Assembly: GCF_001457615.1 (NCBI RefSeq)
Contig: NZ_LN831024.1
Span: 6,030,001 to 6,062,000, forward strand
Direction: 5' to 3'
DNA: 32,000 bases
From: Pseudomonas aeruginosa
GTDB lineage: Bacteria; Pseudomonadota; Gammaproteobacteria; Pseudomonadales; Pseudomonadaceae
Program-made: the position numbers and the translations under genes
Shown here: positions 21,562-32,000 of the stretch, piece after piece
How the letters are laid out: each line of letters starts with the position of its first letter
How positions within the stretch are numbered: the stretch's first letter is position 1
Notes under the pieces: generated by a model
What the model saw: the letters and a program-made list of their open reading frames with translations, nothing else
Database searches by the model: none
What the model was told of the DNA's origin: nothing

Positions 21562-22158
21562 CTGGGAGAGCCGCGCGCGGTCGGCGGCATAGGTTCTTTC
21601 CGCGTCTTCGCGGGCCTTCTGGAAACGCCCGATCTCGCCCTGCAGGCGCTTTTCCTCCTGCTTGAGATCGTCCAACTGGTCCACCAGCGCCTGCGCCACC
21701 GGACGTCCGGCACGCTCCTGGTTGGCCGCCTGGCCTTGCAGGTTGGCCTGTTGCAGCTTGAGCGACTGCAGGTTGCCGCGCGCCACGCTGCTCAGCCCGT
21801 CCAGTTCCGCCAGGCGCCGTTCGCGAGCGCGGTCGACGTCCTCGAGGCTGGAATACAGGCGCAGCAGCTGCGCATCGGAGCTGGCCTGGGCTTGGGCCGC
21901 CTTGCGCTGCCGCAGTTCCTCGGCGGTCGGCGCCGGCGGTACGGTGCGGATCACCCGGCCCTGGTCGTTGAGGACCTGGTAGCCCTTGCCGATGTACTGC
22001 GGCGGCACACCCTGGCGGTCGAGCACCACCACGCCCTTGTCGTTGACGTAGCGGTACAGCTCCACCGCTCCGCCCGGCGCCGCCTGGGCGCCGAAGGAAA
22101 GCCCCTGGAGCACCAGCCCCAGGGCCATCAGGCAACGCATTACATCCTGTCCGACCAT
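21541..22158 (-). CDS. DUF4124-like exported coiled-coil protein
   Basis: 205 aa; signal peptide, VELYRYVNDKGVVVLDRQGVPPQYIGKGYQVLNDQG followed by a coiled coil; overlaps the thioesterase 3' end by 21 nt. Start may be an internal Met. Confidence 0.75.
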   Translation of the reverse strand: MVGQDVMRCLMALGLVLQGLSFGAQAAPGGAVELYRYVNDKGVVVLDRQGVPPQYIGKGYQVLNDQGRVIRTVPPAPTAEELRQRKAAQAQASSDAQLLRLYSSLEDVDRARERRLAELDGLSSVARGNLQSLKLQQANLQGQAANQERAGRPVAQALVDQLDDLKQEEKRLQGEIGRFQKAREDAERTYAADRARLSQLLGVSP

Positions 22159-22178
22159 GCCAGTCCCTTGTGAAAGGT

Positions 22179-22820
22179 TCAGATACCGTATTGGGCGCGA
22201 TAGGCCTCTACCGCCGGCAGATGCTTCTTCAGTTCAGCATCTTCGGCAAGATATTCCAGCACCTGCTCCAGGGAAACGATGCTCACCACCGGCATGCCGA
22301 AGTCGCGCTCGACCTCCTGGATCGCCGACAGCTCGCCCTTGCCACGCTCCTGGCGGTTCAGCGCGATCAGCACGCCCGCGGCCCTGGCGCCCTGGGCGTC
22401 GATGATCTGCATCACTTCGCGGATCGCGGTGCCGGCGGTGATCACGTCGTCGATGATCAGCACCCGGCCGCTCAGCAGCGCGCCGACCAGCGTGCCGCCT
22501 TCGCCGTGGTCCTTGGCTTCCTTGCGGTTGAAGCACCAGGGCAGGTCGCGCTGGTGCTGCTCGGCGAGGGCCACCGCGGTGGTGGCGGCCAGGGGAATGC
22601 CCTTGTAGGCCGGGCCGAACAGGACGTCGAAGTCGATTCCGCTGTCGATCACCGCCTCGGCGTAGAAGCGTCCCAGGCGGGCCAGCGCCAGGCCGCTGTC
22701 GAACAGGCCGGCATTGAAGAAATAGGGGCTGGTGCGCCCGGACTTGAGGGTGAACTCACCGAAGCGCAGAACCCCGCGCTCGATGGCGAAACGAATGAAA
22801 TCGCGCTGATACGCCTGCAT
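22179..22820 (-). CDS. pyrE: Orotate phosphoribosyltransferase
   Basis: 213 aa from [29 protein letters not shown]; PRPP motif [13 protein letters not shown]. Confidence 0.97.
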   Translation of the reverse strand: MQAYQRDFIRFAIERGVLRFGEFTLKSGRTSPYFFNAGLFDSGLALARLGRFYAEAVIDSGIDFDVLFGPAYKGIPLAATTAVALAEQHQRDLPWCFNRKEAKDHGEGGTLVGALLSGRVLIIDDVITAGTAIREVMQIIDAQGARAAGVLIALNRQERGKGELSAIQEVERDFGMPVVSIVSLEQVLEYLAEDAELKKHLPAVEAYRAQYGI

Positions 22821-22900
22821 GAATGACACCAAGCCGCATGAATTTAGCTAAACCGTTTGAGCTCGGGTATCATACACGCACGTGATTTTGGGGGCCATTT

Positions 22901-23680
22901 ATGCGGATCATCAGTGTGAACGTGAATGGTATTCAGGCTGCGGCCGAGCGCGGTTTGCTCAGTTGGCTGCAAGCACAGAATGCCGACGTGATCTGCTTGC
23001 AGGACACCCGAGCCTCCGCCTTCGATCTGGATGACCCGTCCTTCCAACTGGACGGCTACTTCCTTTATGCCTGCGATGCCGAGCTACCCGAACAGGGCGG
23101 TGTCGCACTCTACAGCCGTTTGCAGCCCAAAGCTGTGATCAGCGGCTTAGGTTTCGAAACGGCCGATCGTTACGGGCGCTACCTGCAAGCCGACTTCGAC
23201 AAGGTGAGTATCGCCACCCTGCTGCTGCCTTCCGGGCAGAGCGGAGACGAGAGCTTGAACCAGAAATTCAAGTTCATGGACGACTTCACCCATTACTTGA
23301 GCAAGCAGCGTCGCAAGCGCCGCGAATACATCTACTGCGGCTCGCTGTACGTCGCCCATCAGAAGATGGATGTGAAGAACTGGCGCGAATGTCAGCAGAT
23401 GCCGGGCTTCCTCGCGCCCGAACGGGCCTGGCTGGACGAAGTGTTCGGCAACCTCGGCTATGCCGACGCCCTGCGCGAAGTCAGCCGCGAAGGCGACCAG
23501 TTCAGCTGGTGGCCGGACAGCGAACAGGCCGAGATGCTCAACCTCGGCTGGCGCTTCGACTACCAGGTGCTGACCCCCGGCCTACGCCGCTTCGTGCGCA
23601 ACGCCAAGCTGCCGCGCCAGCCGCGCTTCTCCCAGCATGCGCCGCTGATCGTCGACTACGACTGGCAGTTGAGCATCTGA
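22901..23680 (+). CDS. crc: Catabolite repression control protein Crc (exonuclease III-like fold)
   Basis: 259 aa MRIISVNVNGIQAAAERGLLSWLQAQNADVICLQDTRA...; divergent from pyrE. Confidence 0.96.
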   Translation: MRIISVNVNGIQAAAERGLLSWLQAQNADVICLQDTRASAFDLDDPSFQLDGYFLYACDAELPEQGGVALYSRLQPKAVISGLGFETADRYGRYLQADFDKVSIATLLLPSGQSGDESLNQKFKFMDDFTHYLSKQRRKRREYIYCGSLYVAHQKMDVKNWRECQQMPGFLAPERAWLDEVFGNLGYADALREVSREGDQFSWWPDSEQAEMLNLGWRFDYQVLTPGLRRFVRNAKLPRQPRFSQHAPLIVDYDWQLSI

Positions 23681-23695
23681 GCCCTGTCAGACACG

Positions 23696-23722
23696 AAAAA
23701 GCCGGCGCATGCGCCGGCTTTT
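23696..23722. terminator. Bidirectional rho-independent terminator between crc and the DUF4870 gene
   Basis: AAAAA GCCGGCGCATGCGCCGGC TTTT. Confidence 0.92.
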
Positions 23723-23738
23723 CTATTTCCCGTGCGGC

Positions 23739-24110
23739 CTACTTGATCAGCCGCAGGCAGAACGGATAGCGATAGGCCTTGCCTTCGTTGGCCTTGATGC
23801 CGGCGATGATGGTCAACACCAGCGCCGCCAGGCAGACCAGGCCGAGCAGGAAGAAGCCGATCACCACCAGCATCAGCAGGAAGCTGACGAACATCGCCAG
23901 CGCCACGGTGATCTGGAAGTTCAGCGCTTCCTTGCCCTGGGCGTCGACGAACGGATCGCTCTCGCGCTTGAGTTGCCAGACGATCAGCGGCCCGAGCAGG
24001 CTGCCGAAGGGAAACACCAGGCCGATGAACGCCGCGAAATGGCAGAACATCGCCCATTGCCGGGCTTCCTGGCCGGGGGTCGCGGCGACCTCTTCGGATA
24101 CATCGTTCAT
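23739..24110 (-). CDS. DUF4870 domain-containing membrane protein
   Basis: 123 aa; MFCHFAAFIGLVFPFGSLLGPLIVWQLKRESDPFVDAQGKEALNFQI signature. Confidence 0.9.
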   Translation of the reverse strand: MNDVSEEVAATPGQEARQWAMFCHFAAFIGLVFPFGSLLGPLIVWQLKRESDPFVDAQGKEALNFQITVALAMFVSFLLMLVVIGFFLLGLVCLAALVLTIIAGIKANEGKAYRYPFCLRLIK

Positions 24111-24156
24111 GTAGCGCTCCTTCTCCGGGGCCCGGCAGGCAGTGCCGGGCGTCTGC

Positions 24157-24876
24157 TCATTCGGCCAGCGCGGCGCGCTGAAGTTCGAACAGCTCCTGCA
24201 TGCCCTGCTGGGCCAGTTCGAGCATGGCGTTCAGCTCGGCGGGACGGAACGGCGCGCCTTCGGCGGTTCCCTGCACCTCGATGAAGCCGCCGGCATCGGT
24301 CATCACTACGTTCAGGTCGGTTTCCGCGGCGGAATCCTCCAGGTAGTCCAGGTCGAGGACCGGCACGCCCTGGTAGATGCCCACGGAAACGGCGGCGACC
24401 ATCTGCTTCAGCGGATTGCCCTTGAGCGCGCCACGCTTCTTCAGCACCGCCAGGGCGTCGATCAGCGCCACGGTGGCGCCGGTGATCGAGGCGGTGCGGG
24501 TGCCGCCGTCGGCCTGGATCACGTCGCAGTCGATGTACAGGGTGTTCTCGCCGAGCTTGCTGAGGTCCAGCGCCGCTCGCAGGGAGCGGCCGATCAGGCG
24601 CTGGATCTCCAGGGTACGACCGCCCTGCTTGCCGCGGCTGGCCTCGCGCTGGTTACGCTCGCCGGTGGAGCGCGGCAGCATGCCGTACTCGGCGGTCAGC
24701 CAACCCTGGCCCTGGCCCTTGAGGAAGCGCGGCACCCCGGACTCCGCGCTGACGGTGCAGATCACCTTGGTATCGCCGAACTCGACCAGCACCGAACCTT
24801 CTGCGTGCTTGGTGTAATGGCGGGTGATGCGGATCGGGCGCAGCTGGTCGGCGGCACGGCCACTGGGACGATTCAT
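24157..24876 (-). CDS. rph: Ribonuclease PH
   Basis: 239 aa; [43 protein letters not shown]... Confidence 0.97.
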   Translation of the reverse strand: MNRPSGRAADQLRPIRITRHYTKHAEGSVLVEFGDTKVICTVSAESGVPRFLKGQGQGWLTAEYGMLPRSTGERNQREASRGKQGGRTLEIQRLIGRSLRAALDLSKLGENTLYIDCDVIQADGGTRTASITGATVALIDALAVLKKRGALKGNPLKQMVAAVSVGIYQGVPVLDLDYLEDSAAETDLNVVMTDAGGFIEVQGTAEGAPFRPAELNAMLELAQQGMQELFELQRAALAE

Positions 24877-25056
24877 CGTGGATATCCTGTACTGAGAAAG
24901 CGGAATTGGCCGCCATTATAGAGGCCAGCCCGGGCTCTCAACCACCGTCGGCGTGCGGGCCCCGCCGGACGTGGGTTACAATGCCCGGCTCGAATCACGG
25001 CAGCCGCGCGCGTCCGGCGCCGAACGCACTCCCCACACGACTATCGAGGTAGACCC

Positions 25057-26590
<1,534 letters not shown>

Positions 26591-26678
26591 ATCGGCTCTT
26601 CCATAAAGATTGGCGATTTTTTAGACTATTCAGTCCGCCCGGCAAACGTCGGGCTCACTTTTCGTTACGAGGAACACC

Positions 26679-26945
26679 ATGGCCCGCGTCACCGTTGAAG
26701 ACTGCCTGGACAACGTCGATAACCGTTTCGAGCTGGTCATGCTCGCCACCAAGCGCGCCCGTCAGCTGGCTACCGGCGGCAAGGAGCCGAAAGTGGCCTG
26801 GGAAAACGACAAGCCGACCGTCGTCGCCCTGCGCGAGATCGCTTCCGGCCTGGTCGATGAGAACGTCGTCCAGCAGGAAGACATCGTCGAGGACGAACCG
26901 CTGTTCGCAGCGTTCGACGACGAGGCCAACACCGAGGCCCTGTAA
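26679..26945 (+). CDS. rpoZ: RNA polymerase omega subunit
   Basis: 88 aa; [34 protein letters not shown]. Confidence 0.97.
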
Positions 26946-27010
26946 GCCATGGCCTCGGCTCGACGTCGCCTGCGAGCGCCGCAACCCGCCTACGGGCAGG
27001 GGGTGAACCC

Positions 27011-29116
27011 TTGCCGGGCATAGACGCCTTCGCCGACAGACTGTCGAGCTACCTCGGGCCGGACCAGGTCAACCTGGTCCGCCGCGCCTACTACTACGCC
27101 GAGCAGGCCCACGACGGGCAACGCCGCCGCAGCGGCGAACCGTACGTGACCCACCCGCTGGCGGTCTCCAACATCCTCGCCGACATGCACATGGATCATC
27201 AGAGCCTGATGGCCGCGATGCTGCACGACGTGATCGAGGACACCGGCATCGCCAAGGAAGCGCTCACCGCGCAGTTCGGCGAGACGGTTTCGGAACTGGT
27301 CGACGGGGTCAGCAAGCTGACCCAGATGAACTTCGAGACCAAGGCCGAGGCCCAGGCCGAGAACTTCCAGAAGATGGCCATGGCCATGGCCCGCGATATC
27401 CGCGTGATCCTGGTCAAGCTGGCCGACCGCCTGCACAACATGCGCACCCTCGAGGTGCTGTCCGGCGAAAAGCGCCGGCGCATTGCCAAGGAAACCCTGG
27501 AAATCTACGCGCCCATCGCCAACCGCCTGGGCATGCACACCATGCGCGTGGAGTTCGAGGACCTCGGTTTCAAGGCCATGCACCCGATGCGCGCCGAGCG
27601 CATCCGCCAGGCGGTGAAGAAGGCCCGCGGCAACCGCCGCGAGATCGTCGGCAAGATCCAGGAGTCGCTGGTCAACTGCCTCGCCCGCGAAGGCATGGAA
27701 GGCCAGGTGATCGGCCGCGAGAAGCACCTCTACAGCATCTACCAGAAGATGCGCGGCAAGCGTAAGGCGTTCAACGAGATCATGGACGTCTACGCCTTCC
27801 GCATCATCGTCGACAAGGTCGATACCTGCTATCGCGTGCTGGGCGCCGTGCACAGCCTGTACAAGCCGTTCCCCGGACGCTTCAAGGACTACATCGCGAT
27901 TCCCAAGGCCAACGGCTACCAGTCGCTGCATACCACCCTGTTCGGCATGCACGGGGTGCCCATCGAGATCCAGATCCGTACCCGCGAGATGGAAGAGATG
28001 GCCAACCACGGGATCGCCGCTCACTGGCTGTACAAGTCCAACGACGAGACGCCCAAGGGCACCCATGCCCGCGCCCGGCAATGGGTGAAGGGCGTGCTGG
28101 AACTGCAGCAGCGCGCCGGCAACTCGCTGGAATTCATCGAGAACGTGAAGATCGACCTGTTCCCGGACGAGGTCTACGTGTTCACGCCCAAGGGCCGCAT
28201 CATGGAACTGCCCAAGGGTTCCACCGCGGTCGACTTCGCCTACGCGGTGCACACCGACGTCGGCAACAGTTGCATCGCCTGCCGCATCAACCGTCGCCTG
28301 GCGCCGCTCTCCGAGCCGTTGCAGAGCGGCCAGACGGTGGAAATCGTCACCGCCCCGGGCGCCCGGCCGAACCCGGCCTGGCTGAGCTTCGTGGTCACCG
28401 GCAAGGCGCGCACCCATATCCGCCATGCGCTCAAGCTGCAACGCCGCTCCGAGTCGATCAACCTCGGCGAGCGCCTGCTGAACAAGACCCTTACCGGCTT
28501 CGACAGCCACCTCGAGAAGATTCCCCAGGAACGCATCCAGGCCGTGCTCGCCGAGTACCGCATGGAAGTCTTCGAGGACCTGCTGGAAGAGATCGGCCTG
28601 GGCAACCGCATGGCCTACGTGGTCGCCCGCCGCCTGCTGTCCAGCGAGGGCGAGGAAGCGCCAAGCGCCGAGGGTCCGCTGGCGATCCGCGGCACCGAAG
28701 GCCTGGTCCTGAGCTACGCCAAGTGCTGCACGCCGATTCCCGGCGACCCGATCGTTGGCCACCTGTCCGCCGGCAAGGGCATGGTGGTGCACCTGGAAAG
28801 CTGCAAGAACATCAGCGAAGTACGCCACAACCCGGAAAAATGCATCCAGCTCAGCTGGGCCAAGGATGTCACCGGCGAATTCAATGTCGAACTGCGCGTC
28901 GAGCTGGAGCACCAGCGTGGCCTGATCGCCCTGCTCGCCACCAGCGTCAACGCGGCCGACGGCAACATCGAGAAGATCAGCATGGACGAGCGCGACGGTC
29001 GCATCAGCGTGGTCCAACTGGTCGTCAGCGTGCACGATCGCGTCCACCTGGCCCGCGTCATCAAGAAGCTGCGCGCCCTCAAGGGAGTGATCCGGATCAC
29101 CCGCCTGCGTAGCTGA
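27011..29116 (+). CDS. spoT: Bifunctional (p)ppGpp synthetase/hydrolase SpoT, TTG start
   Basis: 701 aa; HD motif [11 protein letters not shown], synthetase [14 protein letters not shown] ([31 protein letters not shown]), C-terminal ACT. Confidence 0.96.
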   Translation: MPGIDAFADRLSSYLGPDQVNLVRRAYYYAEQAHDGQRRRSGEPYVTHPLAVSNILADMHMDHQSLMAAMLHDVIEDTGIAKEALTAQFGETVSELVDGVSKLTQMNFETKAEAQAENFQKMAMAMARDIRVILVKLADRLHNMRTLEVLSGEKRRRIAKETLEIYAPIANRLGMHTMRVEFEDLGFKAMHPMRAERIRQAVKKARGNRREIVGKIQESLVNCLAREGMEGQVIGREKHLYSIYQKMRGKRKAFNEIMDVYAFRIIVDKVDTCYRVLGAVHSLYKPFPGRFKDYIAIPKANGYQSLHTTLFGMHGVPIEIQIRTREMEEMANHGIAAHWLYKSNDETPKGTHARARQWVKGVLELQQRAGNSLEFIENVKIDLFPDEVYVFTPKGRIMELPKGSTAVDFAYAVHTDVGNSCIACRINRRLAPLSEPLQSGQTVEIVTAPGARPNPAWLSFVVTGKARTHIRHALKLQRRSESINLGERLLNKTLTGFDSHLEKIPQERIQAVLAEYRMEVFEDLLEEIGLGNRMAYVVARRLLSSEGEEAPSAEGPLAIRGTEGLVLSYAKCCTPIPGDPIVGHLSAGKGMVVHLESCKNISEVRHNPEKCIQLSWAKDVTGEFNVELRVELEHQRGLIALLATSVNAADGNIEKISMDERDGRISVVQLVVSVHDRVHLARVIKKLRALKGVIRITRLRS

Positions 29117-29177
29117 CCCGCTTTTTCCTGTGTCATCCGGCGCCCCCGCGCCCACTCGATTTCAGCAAGGAGTTCCC

Positions 29178-29558
29178 ATGACCAAGACCGTTATCCACAC
29201 CGACAACGCCCCGGCCGCCATCGGCACCTACTCCCAGGCCATCAAGGCCGGCAATACCGTCTACGTGTCCGGGCAGATCCCGCTGGACCCGAAGACCATG
29301 GAACTGGTGGAAGGCTTCGAGGAGCAGACCGTCCAGGTGTTCGAGAACCTCAAGGCGGTGATCGAGGCTTCCGGCGGCTACCTGCACGACGTCGCCAAGC
29401 TGAACATCTTCCTCACCGACCTGTCGCACTTCGCCAAGGTCAACGAGATCATGGGCCGCTACTTCACCCAGCCCTACCCGGCGCGCGCCGCTATCGGCGT
29501 AGCCGCCCTGCCGAAGGGCGCACAGGTGGAAATGGACGCCATCGTCGTCCTCGAGTAA
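29178..29558 (+). CDS. ridA: RidA family enamine/imine deaminase
   Basis: 126 aa from [38 protein letters not shown]; AGGAGT ribosome-binding sequence upstream. The track start at 29130 is 16 codons upstream. Confidence 0.94.
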   Translation: MTKTVIHTDNAPAAIGTYSQAIKAGNTVYVSGQIPLDPKTMELVEGFEEQTVQVFENLKAVIEASGGYLHDVAKLNIFLTDLSHFAKVNEIMGRYFTQPYPARAAIGVAALPKGAQVEMDAIVVLE

Positions 29559-29569
29559 GCCGGATGTTC

Positions 29570-29594
29570 GCGACGGGGCCCAAGGCCCCGTCGC
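29570..29594 (+). repeat. Perfect hairpin between ridA and the downstream lipoprotein gene (attenuator/terminator-like)
   Basis: GCGACGGGGCC-CAA-GGCCCCGTCGC, 11-bp perfect stem with 3-nt loop, no U-tract. Confidence 0.6.
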
Positions 29595-29612
29595 TCTGCA
29601 TGGAGTAGCACG

Positions 29613-30344
29613 ATGCGCCGCGTGATTTTCCTCGCCGCAGCCGCCACCCTGCTGGCCGGCTGCGCCGGCACGGCCGATCCGTCCGGCACCTGGATCAACC
29701 AGGCCGCGATCGACGCCGCGAGCAAGGACGGCAAGCTGCGCGAGGCCCTGCTCGCCTATGGCCCGAACCTGGAATGGAAGCTCGACAGCAAGGCAGGCGA
29801 AGCCACCTTCAGCAACGGCTTCGAACTGGGCGAAGGGACCCTGAGCAAGAGCGATGACGAGCACTGGAAGGTTGCCTTCTATGGCGACGACAACCAGGAG
29901 AGTCTCGAACTGGACGGCAAGGAGCTGATCCAGCAGGCCAGCGCCAACGGCCCGGAACAGCGTTTCCGCCGTCTCGACCCGCAACCCGCGGCCAACAGCC
30001 CTGCCGGCAGCGGTTTCGAGCGGGCCTTGTATGGCAGCTATCTGAAGGGCAGCTGGAAGATCCGCGAAGGCCAGGGCCAGGGCGGCAAGGTCGAGTTCCA
30101 GGCCAATGGCCTGGTCAGCGGTCTGCCCGGCGCCGAACGCTACGCGCTGTGCCTGGCCGGCGATTGCGCAGCGATGAGCGGCGACAACGACAGCATCTGG
30201 CTGCAACAAGGCAACCGCGGCCGCGAATTGCTGTTCAGCCTCGACGACGACGAGCTGCAACTGTTCGAAGCGGTCAATACCGCCGGCGCCAACGAGATGC
30301 CCAGCTACGTGCCCGGCAAGCGCGTCTGGCTGCTGGAGCGCTGA
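29613..30344 (+). CDS. Putative lipoprotein of unknown function
   Basis: 243 aa; MRRVIFLAAAATLLAGCAGTAD lipobox. Confidence 0.8.
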   Translation: MRRVIFLAAAATLLAGCAGTADPSGTWINQAAIDAASKDGKLREALLAYGPNLEWKLDSKAGEATFSNGFELGEGTLSKSDDEHWKVAFYGDDNQESLELDGKELIQQASANGPEQRFRRLDPQPAANSPAGSGFERALYGSYLKGSWKIREGQGQGGKVEFQANGLVSGLPGAERYALCLAGDCAAMSGDNDSIWLQQGNRGRELLFSLDDDELQLFEAVNTAGANEMPSYVPGKRVWLLER

Positions 30345-30350
30345 CACCTC

Positions 30351-30971
30351 TCAGAGGGCGGCCAGCACCAGCCAGCCGCCCAGCGCCAGCAGCAGGACGC
30401 CGCACAGCCGGTCCAGCGCACCTACCCGCCGTTGCAACCAGCCGCGCCAGCGCGGCCTGTCCAGCAGGCGCACCAGCGCCATGTCCCAGCACAGCACCGC
30501 CAGGCTCATCCACGCCAGGCACAGGGCCAGCGCCCAGCCCGGCAGGCTGAAGCGCGCCAGCACGCCGAACAGCCCCGCATAGAAGATCGGCAGCTTGGGA
30601 TTCAGGCTGCTCGCCAGCAGGCCGTCGCGCAGCCCGCGCAGATAGCCGCCGCGGGACGGGACGTCGCGCTGCGCCGGCATTTCCAGTCGCCTCTGCGCAA
30701 GCAGCGCCTGGCCCGCCAGCCAGAGGAAGTACAGTCCGCCGAGCGCCTGCAGCCAGCGCAAGGCGCTGTGCGCCGAGTCCGGCACGCTGGCCAACAGGCC
30801 GAGCACCAGCAGCATGCTCAGGAGGTTGGCCAGGGCGATGCCGGCGGCCACCCCGTCGGCCTGGCGCCGGCCGCGCAGCAGGGCGGCGCGCACCAACAGG
30901 AAGAAGTCCGGCCCCGGCGACAGCAGGGCGGCGAAATGGGTACTGGCGACAAGGACGAACGCGGCGAACAT
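30351..30971 (-). CDS. LysE/RhtB family amino-acid exporter
   Basis: 206 aa; SPGPDFFLLVRAALLRGRRQADGVAAGIALA and NPKLPIFYAGLF motifs. Confidence 0.93.
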   Translation of the reverse strand: MFAAFVLVASTHFAALLSPGPDFFLLVRAALLRGRRQADGVAAGIALANLLSMLLVLGLLASVPDSAHSALRWLQALGGLYFLWLAGQALLAQRRLEMPAQRDVPSRGGYLRGLRDGLLASSLNPKLPIFYAGLFGVLARFSLPGWALALCLAWMSLAVLCWDMALVRLLDRPRWRGWLQRRVGALDRLCGVLLLALGGWLVLAAL

Positions 30972-31037
30972 GAAGGCCCCTCGAAACGCGAAGGCCTCCA
31001 GTCTGTGCAGCGCGGCGGGCGCCGTATTGGAAAAAAC

Positions 31038-31838
31038 TCAGGTCTTGGCGCTGCGCCGGAACTGCCCCGGAGTGACCCCGGTGAAACGCCGGAAGGTCGT
31101 GGAGAAGTGCGCCTGGTCGTAGAAGCCGAGGTGCTGGGCGAGTTCCGCCAGCGGCCGTTCTTCCAGCAACAGGCGCTTGGCCTGGCGCACCCGGCATTGC
31201 AGTTGGTAGGTATGCGGCGGCACGCCGTAGGCACGCCGGAAAGCCTCGATCAGGTGGCGCGGGTGGCGCTGCAGCAACTGCGCCAGTTGGTCCAGACCGA
31301 GCGCCTCGGTAGCATGCGCTTCCAGGTAATCGCGCAGGCGTGCGGTGGTTCCGCCGTCGCGGGGCGCCGCGGCCGCCGGGCGCAAGCCGCCGTGACGCAC
31401 GAAGACCTGTTCGAGCAAGGCCAGCAGGCGGCTTTCCAACCCCAATGCGTCGCTGCGCTGGAAATCCTCGGCCAGCCACGCCAGGCCAGCCGCCACGCTG
31501 CCGTCGTCGGCCGGGTTCAGTTCGCCGAAGCCGCGCGGCAACTGTTTGCGGCCGAGCAGGCCGAGCAGGCGCGTTTCCTCGACATAGAGCATCCGGTAGA
31601 CCAGCCGCTCGGATTCGGCGTGCCCGGTATGTGGCTCTTCCGGGTTCATCAGCGACAGGGTGCCGGCCGGCAGCGCATGGCGCCGCCCGCGGCACTGGTA
31701 GCCGCCGACGCCGTGGAGGATCGAGCCGATGGCGAAGGCCGAATGGCTGTGGCGGCCGAACGCCTGGCCGGAGAAGTCCGCATGGAACAGCTCCACGCCA
31801 GGCAGCCAGGGACGCGCCAACAACCGGTTGGCAGCCAT
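31038..31838 (-). CDS. AraC-family transcriptional regulator with N-terminal cupin-like AraC ligand-binding domain
   Basis: 266 aa from ATG at 31838 (MAANRLLARPWLPGVELFHADF); C-terminal HTH ...LAQHLGFYDQAHFSTTFRRFTGVTPGQFRR; start overlaps the upstream stop (TGATG). Confidence 0.9.
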   Translation of the reverse strand: MAANRLLARPWLPGVELFHADFSGQAFGRHSHSAFAIGSILHGVGGYQCRGRRHALPAGTLSLMNPEEPHTGHAESERLVYRMLYVEETRLLGLLGRKQLPRGFGELNPADDGSVAAGLAWLAEDFQRSDALGLESRLLALLEQVFVRHGGLRPAAAAPRDGGTTARLRDYLEAHATEALGLDQLAQLLQRHPRHLIEAFRRAYGVPPHTYQLQCRVRQAKRLLLEERPLAELAQHLGFYDQAHFSTTFRRFTGVTPGQFRRSAKT

Positions 31839-32000
31839 CAGGCGTCCCCGAGTACCGCCGCGTAGCCCTCGCGGTAGCTGGGATAGCGCGGCACCCAGCC
31901 GAGCGCCCGGGCGCGGCGATTGCTGCAACGCTTGCTGCCGGCGCGGCGTACCGAATGTTCGTCGGCCCATTGGCTGACGCCCAGGCGCTGGCGCAGGTAG
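31838..32000 (-). CDS. C-terminal fragment of a probable NAD-dependent epimerase/dehydratase (continues beyond the window)
   Basis: Minus-strand translation ...YLRQRLGVSQWADEHSVRRAGSKRCSNRRARALGWVPRYPSYREGYAAVLGDA*; SDR-extended-like C-terminus. Confidence 0.65.
   Translation of the reverse strand, partial: YLRQRLGVSQWADEHSVRRAGSKRCSNRRARALGWVPRYPSYREGYAAVLGDA

Noticed and set aside
22821-22832. Four-codon upstream extension of PyrE (MVSF)
   Set aside because: [16 protein letters not shown] is the conserved PyrE N-terminus; the upstream start is only the longest-ORF choice.
26990-29155. 721-aa minus-strand ORF antisense to spoT
   Set aside because: Fully antisense to a well-conserved gene, His/Asp/Val/Gln/Leu-rich low-information translation, no domain.
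30274-31865. Overlapping 473-aa minus and 477-aa plus ORFs around the LysE and AraC genes
   Set aside because: Alternative frames of two well-supported genes, Arg/Pro/Ala/Gln-rich, no domain.

Overview
The window is 32 kb of high-GC chromosomal DNA. Gene content and order match the Pseudomonas aeruginosa core genome (roughly PAO1 PA5310-PA5343, recalled from memory and not searched). Order: PLD-family lipoprotein, MFS transporter, kauB/pauC - gabT2 - cupin (polyamine/omega-amino acid catabolism), rpmG-rpmB, peptide-binding protein, hypothetical, radC, coaBC, dut, algC, argB, the sphingosine-response locus sphR/sphA/sphDCB, hotdog thioesterase, DUF4124-like protein, pyrE, crc, DUF4870 protein, rph, yicC, gmk, rpoZ, spoT, ridA, lipoprotein, LysE exporter, AraC regulator, and an epimerase fragment. 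I see no mobile element, CRISPR array, phage, tRNA or rRNA gene, and no convincing new defence or mobile system. The best second-look items are: (1) an apparent 1-nt deletion in the membrane-anchored N-terminal extension upstream of the catalytic algC start; (2) AlgR-like and sigma54-like promoter elements inside that extension's coding sequence; (3) an apparently exported sphingoid-base module made of two Tat-signal enzymes and a c-type cytochrome lipoprotein; (4) a 21-bp-spaced direct repeat upstream of sphA as a candidate SphR operator. Many very long antisense ORFs in the track look like high-GC shadow frames.
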